A stretch of DNA of 64,000 nucleotides, from the IMG/VR virus record IMGVR_UViG_3300047564_001818. One strand, written 5' to 3'. The position numbers and the translations under genes are program-made. Positions 37,501-45,475 of the stretch are shown in pieces (positions within the stretch are counted from its first letter, which is position 1; each line of letters starts with the position of its first letter). This DNA is from a virus. Its lineage: Duplodnaviria; Caudoviricetes. Below the pieces are notes generated by a model. The model was not told where the DNA came from, made no database searches, and worked only from the letters and a program-made list of their open reading frames with translations.

Positions 37501-37546
37501 TAGTGCTAATAGATCAAATGATCCTGGCAGAGTAGGACCTCAATAA
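34529..37546 (+). CDS. Baseplate hub protein (gp27/VgrG-hub-like, 1005 aa)
   Basis: Position after gp53-like; PNPL...NYVISL, IRFTVVEPYSMG, KEYNYIYTGLNEDV, EMKIFGDPFFL, FSGLF...VTNNFSKGRFEQTLKL (hub OB/beta-barrel-type end). Confidence 0.65.
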   Translation: MALNFGSLAKSFTQVTTQLNSVATRIQPITAAATQSLAARGLPSQAGTVNTTASQLTNGFSSLAQSNVANVSGQISNLSGAGRVNVNQLLGTAATGFAGSLGQLGAIGNVVSNFTNTVSGIAGAVRGLTSGNSLQGLGSLLGNFDFEQFAKNIINVVPRDFAQLAFAVGGEFDTLRQRIEAIGDVSNLGDFIDLVFNSGSLIGGSGVATNNGASKSKIPNPLRDHNGFNYVISLGLLGAPEYNIPESYRSKGGLSQYIIRSGGGFYNNRYQVLDELGDTSGNGAGHAEYYIEDLEIDAVIAPNPNTSVAMGTTIRFTVVEPYSMGNFIQAIVGSVKEKGFEQSVNGAPFCLQIDFVGWNEDGQTDANFVTAPIFIPINIINMEFNVTGQGSTYQVQAVAYPDIALSDSVNQIFTDVESSGAVIYQVLNGETNSVTSAINERIDNLEQNDVIAAGDRYIIAFPKDLNAIKNALQQMAPVADTIFTTIDTPAGPQTVEVANPSSQMFEALSAYARNEDNMNEIGLSVIIEDTAEGGNQSFIPPDVYYDPIIDIGVRSQNPVLEKSRTYSFSQGDSITNIIEDIILKSRYAAEKATEESAANGTRQWFKIDTQVYIDNTAQAIADRGRAAKIYVYNVIPYFADEAKFLATNQKPKNTEGLKKAAVKEYNYIYTGLNEDVMEFDLTFNNAFLQTALANFGLNPGPEGHFGTQKIGDSGTNVSTGAGTNRDRQDSQNSEPAIATEETIGYRRNTGSYSRDVKLQVAEMFHDRLINQPTDLITAEMKIFGDPFFLPQQTGNYVGQRASGSPNLTTDGTMAYLENELLVVVNFKTPFDYQIEGATMEFPQVVPQFSGLFTCWAVTNNFSKGRFEQTLKLIRRIGQNDQPTTGNTGAVAIDESRSIVTTPRRADRDQQGSAASSGQDRDRQGSGPPPVARVNGVTFDPRTDLFQPPSRTIDTPAGSRTIQPPPIRIYDDAIFRASRTQLPSSLTRPPVNSANRSNDPGRVGPQ

Positions 37547-37549
37547 CAT

Positions 37550-38797
37550 ATGACTGAAATTGTAATAACAGATAGAGAACGTCAACTATTGAATTTTCTA
37601 GCCAAAGGTGAATCCTTCGGGTCAGATCCTTATATCAGCTTGTACCCTTCTACAACTGAACCTGCACTTACACAAATGACACTAGCAGAAGTTGACAGAT
37701 TTCAAACACAACGAATTAATGCAGGAATTGGTTCTAGTGCGTGCGGAAGATATCAATTTATAAGAAAAACTTTAAGAACCTGTGTAGGATTTTTAGGAGT
37801 TGACCCTGCAAGAACAAGATTTACTCCTGGTGTACAGGATGCTCTAGTATTGAAATTATTAAAAGAAGCTAGACAATTAGATGAATGGTTAGCTGGAACA
37901 TTACCTACTGATAGATTTATGATTAAAATGGCACAAGAATTTGCAAGTATGCCAGTACCATATGCTATGAACGGAAGACATCGACCTGTGCAAAAGGGAG
38001 AAAGTTATTATTCAGGAGACAATTTAAATAGATCAAAAGTTGATCCTGGCCCTAACGATCCTAATAGAATACAAAAAAGAGAAGCAGGCACTGATACCAT
38101 ATATCAAGAACTGGAAGACATAAGAACTGGAGGTGTAGGAGGTTCGACAACTATACCGGTTAACGCTGATGGCCCGAGTGGAGTTGTTCCATCAACTGGA
38201 ACAACTCCTAGATCACAAGCAGCCGCGCAAGCCGCAGGTGTAGGTGTAGGTGCATATGTAGGTGGAAACGCAGGTGCAAGACCACTAACGTCTACAATAC
38301 TACCACCTGCTACAGGTGCTGTCTATCAGTACAGAAACACAGATCCTTTAGATGACAGATATGATTTTAGAACAGGCGAAAAAATCAAAGACCTATCAAT
38401 ACACGGCACTGGACCGGCATCTGCAACTCCTGTAATTAATGGTAATATAGGTCCTGCTAATGTGGCAATAACTAATAGCGGTTCAGAAACTCCAGTGCCT
38501 GCACCAGAATTAGATAGTGGAGTTTTAAACCAAGTAGCTGAACTACAGTCAAGTGTTACTAGTGCTGTAGGAAATCTTCTAACAGATCCAACCGGCGCAA
38601 TTGCAGGTATAGCAGATCGTGCAGCATCACTGTTTAATGCTGATGCATTAAATTCTGCACTTACAGGCGGCCGGACCACAGACGCAACTTCTTTTGATAG
38701 TGCAGTAATTACAGGATCGCCTCCGCCGGGCACTAGTACAGCAGCTACGCCCACTAGATCAACACCACCTAGCCCAGTAAGTTCAGGACGAAGATAA
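37550..38797 (+). CDS. Baseplate-associated lysozyme-like muramidase (lambda-lysozyme/GH104-like) with low-complexity tail
   Basis: AKGES, MTLAEV, SSACGRYQFIRKTL, FTPGVQD, AQEFASMP motifs in the first ~190 aa. Confidence 0.75.
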   Translation: MTEIVITDRERQLLNFLAKGESFGSDPYISLYPSTTEPALTQMTLAEVDRFQTQRINAGIGSSACGRYQFIRKTLRTCVGFLGVDPARTRFTPGVQDALVLKLLKEARQLDEWLAGTLPTDRFMIKMAQEFASMPVPYAMNGRHRPVQKGESYYSGDNLNRSKVDPGPNDPNRIQKREAGTDTIYQELEDIRTGGVGGSTTIPVNADGPSGVVPSTGTTPRSQAAAQAAGVGVGAYVGGNAGARPLTSTILPPATGAVYQYRNTDPLDDRYDFRTGEKIKDLSIHGTGPASATPVINGNIGPANVAITNSGSETPVPAPELDSGVLNQVAELQSSVTSAVGNLLTDPTGAIAGIADRAASLFNADALNSALTGGRTTDATSFDSAVITGSPPPGTSTAATPTRSTPPSPVSSGRR

Positions 38798-41496
38798 TGA
38801 CTACAGGAAACTATACAAGAACCGCATCTAGAGATACAATAGTAAAAGACTCAGGACCTTATGAAGCACTGGTAGTAAACAATCTTGATCCTAAATACAT
38901 GGGCAATCTAGAAGTAGAATTACTCAAATACACAGGTGCAGGCAACAGTCCAGAACGCAGCGGGGAACTAGTAACAGTTAGATATCTGTCTCCGTTTTAT
39001 GGAATTACATCAAGCCGCGGTGTTGGTATAGAAGATGGTTATGCTAATACTCAAAAAAGTTACGGATTTTGGGCAGTGCCGCCGGACATTGGCACAAGAG
39101 TATTAGTTATATTTGCTGAAGGAAATCCTAACTTTGGATTTTGGATTGGTTGTATACAAGACGATTATATGAACTTTATGGTTCCTGACGGTCGTGCATC
39201 AACAGAACGCACTACTGATGCTACACCACAAAATCTAGTTGGTGCAAAATTACCTGTTGGGGAATACAACAAGTTAATAGAAACCGGCGAACTAATAGAT
39301 CCAACACTGTTTGAAAAACCTTACAATAAAGATTTTACTAATGTACTGGAAGTACAAGGTTTAATATTTGACGAAACTAGAGGTACAACCACTAGTAGTG
39401 CTAGACGCGATTCGCCCAGTATGGTTTTTGGTATAAGCACACCTGGACCAGCAGACAAAAGAGCAGGTAACCCTAGAGTAGAACTAGGACCAGAAGGACG
39501 CCGTGCTAACGTACCCTTCAACAGACTAGGCGGTTCAAGCTTTGTTATGGATGATGGCGACGACAAGTTTGTTCGTGCTACACATGCTGAAGAAGGTCCG
39601 CCATTCTATATAAACAAAGAAGCAGGTGAAACCGGCGGCGACGAAACAATTCCTCAAAACGAGTTAGTTAGAATTCGAACAAGAACCGGTCATCAAATAC
39701 TGTTACACAATTCAGAAGATCTAATCTACATAGGCAACAGTCGTGGTACAGCTTGGATAGAAATCACATCAGATGGCAAAATAGACATTCATGCACAAGA
39801 CAGTGTTAGTGTCATGTCGAACAATGACATTAATTTCACTGCTGAAAGAGATTTTAATGTAGAAGCAGGCCGTAACATCAATATGAAAGCTACTGCTCGT
39901 TATAGCGATGGTGCACATTATCTAGACAACAAGGAAAGCGGCCGTGTACAAATAGAAAGTGTATGGGATACAAACTTTTTTGTAGGACATGATTATAAAC
40001 TCACAGTAAAAGGCAACAGTGATATTGCTGTAGATCTAGAATCAAACACAACCGTTAAGTTAAACTATCAACTACACGCTAATCAAAACATTAACATATT
40101 GTCTGATAAAAATACACATATGAAAACTGGTCACAGTTTTTACAGAACATCCAGTCGTGCTATACACGATAATGCTGGACAAAACTATATGTTAAAAGCA
40201 GCCAACGTTGATGTAAGTGTTGGACAAAGCTATAAAACATCAGCAGGGTTAATAAGTCAACAAGCATCCGGTGAAATCATATCAAATGCTTCAAGTATAT
40301 CTAGAACTTCTAGCGGATCAATCTATGACAGTGCATCTAGCGGTATTAGCTTGTCGGGCGGAACTGTTATAGCAGGCGATGCTGCTGAAATACATTGGAA
40401 CAGCGGATTAGCAACCTCTGGTTCACAAGCACAAACTGCACAAAATGCTCTGCAAGCAATAGATGCAATTGATGCAGACAGAGCTAGTCCGCTACCTACA
40501 ATTGTTCTACCATTTGTATTTCCAGGAGCAATACAACCTGTTCCTTATGAAAGTATTCTTACAAGAGCTCCACAGCATGAACCTTGGACACATCATGAAA
40601 ATATGAATCCGAAAGCATTTAAAAAGGAAAAAACTGACAGAGAAGCTCCAGGTACATTATCTAGCAATGATAGAGTAATTACTCCTGACACATTTGCAAA
40701 AAATCTTGGATCTATTACTACAAGTCAAACTGTTCTAGGATCAGGAAACATTCCAGGATTCGATGGCGGAACAGGAGACTCGGGTTTAGTAAATGGCACT
40801 GTACCACAAGGAACTGCAAGAACCTATGGCGGCGACATACAAGTTGATACAACTAGAGGTGATCCTTCAGGCAATGATATTACTAACTACTTTTTTGTTG
40901 GTGACGGCCCGTTGGCTACTATTAGAACTAGAAAACGAGGACTTACTACACAAGTTGCAGAACTATTTGCTCCAAACTTCCAAGCCTTTATAGACGATCT
41001 CGAAGCCACCGGTTATGAAATCAAAACACTAATAGGATATGCTAAACGAGAAATAACCAGCGGCGGCGCCTGGTCAATTCATGCCAGTGGTGCTGCGATT
41101 GATATTAATCCACCTGCTGTAGTTACGAACGGATTTCCAAATGGATATTTTAGTCCACGACCTGCAAATGCTCCTATGACGGATATGCCTCCTAATACAC
41201 TCCAGCTAGCTAACAAGCATGGGCTAGGATGGGGAGGAGCATGGGATGATATCGACGATGCTATGCATTTTAGTGCAGCTAAAAACGAAGGCGGCGCATT
41301 TCAGATTCGTAGAGGATTTATTCCTCTAGGACCTAGCAGCACAAGAACAGACGGCGTCCCGTCAATTGAAGCCGACGCCGCCGGACAAGTTACAAATCGA
41401 GATCGTCAAGGTGCAGATTATGTAACGCCAAGCAACATTGACGACGCAAGATTACCAGGTGCACAAAACGCTGACGGATCTGCCAGAGGTCGATAA
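38797..41496 (+). CDS. gp5: gp5-like baseplate spike with C-terminal M15 (Zn D-Ala-D-Ala/L-Ala-D-Glu) peptidase
   Basis: N-terminal OB fold (DPKYMGNLEV...YGFWAVPPDIGTRVLV.F..G), RIRTRTGHQI, beta-helical repeats, then WSIHASGAAIDIN...HGLGWGGAW...DAMHFS. Confidence 0.8.
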   Translation: MTTGNYTRTASRDTIVKDSGPYEALVVNNLDPKYMGNLEVELLKYTGAGNSPERSGELVTVRYLSPFYGITSSRGVGIEDGYANTQKSYGFWAVPPDIGTRVLVIFAEGNPNFGFWIGCIQDDYMNFMVPDGRASTERTTDATPQNLVGAKLPVGEYNKLIETGELIDPTLFEKPYNKDFTNVLEVQGLIFDETRGTTTSSARRDSPSMVFGISTPGPADKRAGNPRVELGPEGRRANVPFNRLGGSSFVMDDGDDKFVRATHAEEGPPFYINKEAGETGGDETIPQNELVRIRTRTGHQILLHNSEDLIYIGNSRGTAWIEITSDGKIDIHAQDSVSVMSNNDINFTAERDFNVEAGRNINMKATARYSDGAHYLDNKESGRVQIESVWDTNFFVGHDYKLTVKGNSDIAVDLESNTTVKLNYQLHANQNINILSDKNTHMKTGHSFYRTSSRAIHDNAGQNYMLKAANVDVSVGQSYKTSAGLISQQASGEIISNASSISRTSSGSIYDSASSGISLSGGTVIAGDAAEIHWNSGLATSGSQAQTAQNALQAIDAIDADRASPLPTIVLPFVFPGAIQPVPYESILTRAPQHEPWTHHENMNPKAFKKEKTDREAPGTLSSNDRVITPDTFAKNLGSITTSQTVLGSGNIPGFDGGTGDSGLVNGTVPQGTARTYGGDIQVDTTRGDPSGNDITNYFFVGDGPLATIRTRKRGLTTQVAELFAPNFQAFIDDLEATGYEIKTLIGYAKREITSGGAWSIHASGAAIDINPPAVVTNGFPNGYFSPRPANAPMTDMPPNTLQLANKHGLGWGGAWDDIDDAMHFSAAKNEGGAFQIRRGFIPLGPSSTRTDGVPSIEADAAGQVTNRDRQGADYVTPSNIDDARLPGAQNADGSARGR

Positions 41497-41500
41497 CAAG

Positions 41501-41507
41501 ATAAATA
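41501..41507 (+). promoter_or_regulatory. Late promoter motif ATAAATA
   Basis: 4 nt upstream of the ATG of the gp25-like gene (near-leaderless). Confidence 0.6.
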
Positions 41508-41511
41508 CTGT

Positions 41512-41949
41512 ATGAGTCAACTAGAGAAAAATCTTTATAAACGTGTAACAGTTAAGCCTAACGGTTCTACAGCCAGCACAGGCAGAGCCTATAGAGGATT
41601 TAGCACTGTGAGCACTAAAAACAAAGGATACAGTCTTTACGATTTTGAATTAATCAAACAGGATATCATCAATCATTTTCATATACGCCAGGGCGAAAAA
41701 TTAAGTGATCCTACATTTGGATGTATTATTTGGGACCTACTTTTTGAACCTTTTACTGCTTCAGTTCAAACCGCTATTGTAGAAAATGTTACAACTATTG
41801 TTAATTATGATCCTAGAGTAAATGTAGACAGCATTATAGTTGATACATACGAGCAAGGCATTAGCGTAGAGTGCCAAATCACTTACCTTCCCTACAGTAT
41901 TTCAGAGCAGTTAAGATTCCGATTTGACCAACAAAATGGTCTGTTATAA
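41512..41949 (+). CDS. gp25: Baseplate wedge subunit, gp25-like
   Basis: LIKQDIINHF..RQGEKL.DPTFGCIIWDLLFEP...IVNYDPRV motif. Confidence 0.9.
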   Translation: MSQLEKNLYKRVTVKPNGSTASTGRAYRGFSTVSTKNKGYSLYDFELIKQDIINHFHIRQGEKLSDPTFGCIIWDLLFEPFTASVQTAIVENVTTIVNYDPRVNVDSIIVDTYEQGISVECQITYLPYSISEQLRFRFDQQNGLL

Positions 41950-41954
41950 TTAAC

Positions 41955-41981
41955 TACGCAGTTTTCTAAACTAGATAAATA
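41955..41981 (+). promoter_or_regulatory. TACGCAG-N14-TAAATA late promoter for the gp6 unit
   Basis: Intergenic; AAGGA SD downstream. Confidence 0.6.
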
Positions 41982-42004
41982 TCATAGTAAACAAGGAATC
42001 TCAC

Positions 42005-45000
42005 ATGTCTGCAAGCGATAGACAAAATAGACTATTAGTGGCTGAAGATTGGAAAAGAATCTATCAGAGTTTTAGAAATGCAGATTTTCAAAGTTATGAC
42101 TTTGATAATCTCCGTCGCACAATGATCAACTATCTGCGTCAAAACTATCCTGAAGATTTTAATGATTATATTGAAAGCTCAGAATATCTTGCGCTGATTG
42201 ACATGATTGCGTTTCTTGGACAAAATCTAAGTTTCCGTATTGATCTAAACGCTAGAGAAAACTTTTTAGAAACAGCAGAACGTAGAGAATCAATACTGCG
42301 TCTTGCTAGAATGTTGGCCTATAATCCAAGACGAAATCAAGCAGCTAACGGTCTACTAAAAATAACCACAGTTAAAACCACTGAAACAGTGAGAGACAGC
42401 TCGGGTGTAAATCTTAGTGGCGTTGTAGTACGCTGGAATGATCAGTCAAACAGCAACTACTTTGAACAGTTTATTAAAATACTCAATGCTGCACTTCCTG
42501 TTACTAACAGTGTAGGAAATCCTTTAAAGAGCGAAAACATTGAAGGTGTGCAAACACAAAAATATCGTATTAATGCTACAAACACAACTGTTCCAGTTTT
42601 TCCGTTTTCTAAAAATGTCGAAGGTGTGAGCACTCGTTTTGAAGTTGTAAGCACAGACTTTGATCGTGGAGTTATAAGAGAAGAGCCACCTCTGCCAGGA
42701 ACAAGTCCTGCATTTTTATTCCGTGATGACGGTCAGGGTGCAGGCAGCACTAATACTGGTTTCTTTATGCATTTCCGTCAAGGCAAACTAGACAACGGAA
42801 CTTTTAATGTATCTAATCCTACACCAAACCAAGTAGTTTCTATTGATGCTGAAAACATTAATAACTCAGATGTATGGCTATATGCCGTAGACACTAACGG
42901 ATTTGAAACTATACAATGGAGCAAGCTTGACAGTGTAGAAGGCAACAATATTATCTATAACAGTTTGTTCCAAGGTATACGCAACGTATATGCTGTTACT
43001 ACAAGAATAGGTGATAGAATAAATCTAGTGTTTAGTGACGGTGTGTTTGGAAATCTTCCCAGTGGAAACTTTAAAATCTATTACAGAACCAGTGCTAACA
43101 GACCTAGTGTTATTGCACCCGGCGCCATTGGAAATGTAAACATAGAAATACCATATCAAGGCCGCAGCGGATCACTAGAAACACTAACATTAGGCCTAAG
43201 GTTACAAACCACAGTTGCTAATGGTACTGCTACAGAATCCAATGACAGCATTAAACAAAATGCTCCTGCAACTTATTACACACAAAATAGATTAATTACA
43301 GGAGAAGATTATAATATTGGTCCGCTTGCTGTTAGTCAAGATATTATCAAGACCAAAGCTGTAAACAGAATATCAAGTGGAATCAGTAGATATTTTGATC
43401 TCAAAGATGTAAGTGGCAAGTATTCAAGCACTAGCTTGTTTGCAGACGACGGCGTAGTTTATAAAGAAACATTTGACACAAAAACACAGTTTACTTTTAG
43501 TACACAAAGTGATGTTGAAGGCATTATTGTTAATGTAGTTGAAGGCATTATTTCTAGTACTAACTTAAAAAACTTTTATTACAGCGAGTTTCCACAAATT
43601 ATTGTAACAGATCTCAATGCTGCATGGGAAAATACAACAGAGTTTACGAATCAATATACAGGTTTTATTAAAGACATAGATGGCACTGCTTATACACTGG
43701 GATCATTTACTGCTAATAATCTAAGACTTGTAGAAGCAGGTACACTGATGAGATTTGTACCTCCTCTGTCACAGTCAGGCGCAACACAATATTTTCTACC
43801 TAACGGAACCTACACAACCAACAGTGAAGCAGTAGGAGCAACTTCTTACAAATGGACAAAGGTTGCAGGTGTTACAGGCAACGGAGCACAGACTACAGAA
43901 ACTGGAGCCGGCGCTGTAACACTGGTTGATCTAATACCCGATGGTGCCATACTAGAACAGATCATACCAAAGTTTTCTAGATCACTTAGCGATGATTTAA
44001 AAACACAAATCATTGATCAAACATTTGCTTATAGAGATTACGCACTAAGATATAATGTAAACACTAGATCGTGGACATTAGTTCTAGCAGCTGACATTAA
44101 CACAGTTGACGATTTTGCTACAGGTAAAACAGGTGATGCTAGCGGACAAAACCTAGATTCAAGCTGGTTACTGTATTTTAAAACTGATGGCGAAACCTAT
44201 ACTATTACCTATAGAAACCTCAGATATGTATTCGAAAGCGCAGAAGAGATACGATTCTTCTTTGACAGTGCTGACAAAGTCTATGATCCAAAAACCAGTA
44301 AAATACTGAGAGATAAAATCACAGTACTCAACATCAATAAACAACCTGACGCTAATAGTAGCTTTACTAGAGATTTTGTATGGAATATTAGCGACGCCTA
44401 CAGAGACAAAGAAGGTTATGTTGATACTAGAAAAATACAGGTACAATTTTTTGACCTAGACGACGATGGTGTAATTGACGATCCTGATCTATTTGAAAAA
44501 CTAGTCGAACCTAATGTTAACTCACAGCAAAAGATTGTATTCCAGCAGCGTTATACTACTAGTGACGGAGTAGAAGATTTTAGATATTTTGACAACATCA
44601 ACAGTACAGTTAAAATTGTAACCAACGAATCTGCTATTGTTTACAGCAGAGAAGTTGATGGACAGGTTTTCTATCTGTTCGAAGAAGGCGTATTTAAAAC
44701 ACTAAACAAAAGCCGCAACAATACTACTATTAATACCAATTACAAAGCATTTGTAGGACGCAGCGGTTTAAAGTTCCATTATGTTCATGTAGCAGATTCA
44801 AACTATAGAATTGATCCAAGTGCTAGCAATATCATTGATACTTATCTGCTTACTAGAAACTACGATACAGAAGTTAGAAAATATCTTGCAGGCGGTAGAG
44901 CCACTGAGCCTAAGCCAGAAAGCAATGATCAGCTGTTTAGAAATTATGGCAGCGCAATAAATGCAATAAAATCAATAAGCGACGAAATAGTATATCATCC

Positions 45001-45475
45001 AGTTAAGTACAAGATACTGTTCGGTAATAAAGCAAAAGAAGATCTACAAGTGAAGTTTAAGATAGTAAGAAACAGAGACCTAGTGGTTAATGAAAATGAA
45101 CTTAAAGCTGATATTATACAAGCTGTTGACAGATTTTTTGCTATTGAAAACTGGGACTTTGGAGAAACTTTCTACTTCCAAGAACTTAGCGCATACATTA
45201 TGAATCAACTTAGCCCAAAATTGTTAAGTGTTATTATTGTGCCTAGACAAGGATCACAGAGTTTTGGTAGCTTGTTTGAAATAAAATCAGAACCAGATGA
45301 AATCTTTATTAGTGCAGCAACAGTATTTGACGTAGAAATAATAGACGAACTAACAGCTACTGAGTTACAGTCTTCAGGCACAGTAATAACCAGCGTTACT
45401 ACAACTACAACCGCAGGCATAGTCAGTTCCGCAACAGCAACATCAAGCAATACTAGTGGAGGTTACAGCTTCTAA
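42005..45475 (+). CDS. gp6: Baseplate wedge protein, gp6-like (1156 aa)
   Basis: DFDNLRRTMINYL...DYIESSE...LIDMIAF, ENFLETAERRESILRLARMLAYNP, ESNDSIKQNAP..YYTQNRLITGEDY motifs. Confidence 0.88.
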   Translation: MSASDRQNRLLVAEDWKRIYQSFRNADFQSYDFDNLRRTMINYLRQNYPEDFNDYIESSEYLALIDMIAFLGQNLSFRIDLNARENFLETAERRESILRLARMLAYNPRRNQAANGLLKITTVKTTETVRDSSGVNLSGVVVRWNDQSNSNYFEQFIKILNAALPVTNSVGNPLKSENIEGVQTQKYRINATNTTVPVFPFSKNVEGVSTRFEVVSTDFDRGVIREEPPLPGTSPAFLFRDDGQGAGSTNTGFFMHFRQGKLDNGTFNVSNPTPNQVVSIDAENINNSDVWLYAVDTNGFETIQWSKLDSVEGNNIIYNSLFQGIRNVYAVTTRIGDRINLVFSDGVFGNLPSGNFKIYYRTSANRPSVIAPGAIGNVNIEIPYQGRSGSLETLTLGLRLQTTVANGTATESNDSIKQNAPATYYTQNRLITGEDYNIGPLAVSQDIIKTKAVNRISSGISRYFDLKDVSGKYSSTSLFADDGVVYKETFDTKTQFTFSTQSDVEGIIVNVVEGIISSTNLKNFYYSEFPQIIVTDLNAAWENTTEFTNQYTGFIKDIDGTAYTLGSFTANNLRLVEAGTLMRFVPPLSQSGATQYFLPNGTYTTNSEAVGATSYKWTKVAGVTGNGAQTTETGAGAVTLVDLIPDGAILEQIIPKFSRSLSDDLKTQIIDQTFAYRDYALRYNVNTRSWTLVLAADINTVDDFATGKTGDASGQNLDSSWLLYFKTDGETYTITYRNLRYVFESAEEIRFFFDSADKVYDPKTSKILRDKITVLNINKQPDANSSFTRDFVWNISDAYRDKEGYVDTRKIQVQFFDLDDDGVIDDPDLFEKLVEPNVNSQQKIVFQQRYTTSDGVEDFRYFDNINSTVKIVTNESAIVYSREVDGQVFYLFEEGVFKTLNKSRNNTTINTNYKAFVGRSGLKFHYVHVADSNYRIDPSASNIIDTYLLTRNYDTEVRKYLAGGRATEPKPESNDQLFRNYGSAINAIKSISDEIVYHPVKYKILFGNKAKEDLQVKFKIVRNRDLVVNENELKADIIQAVDRFFAIENWDFGETFYFQELSAYIMNQLSPKLLSVIIVPRQGSQSFGSLFEIKSEPDEIFISAATVFDVEIIDELTATELQSSGTVITSVTTTTTAGIVSSATATSSNTSGGYSF

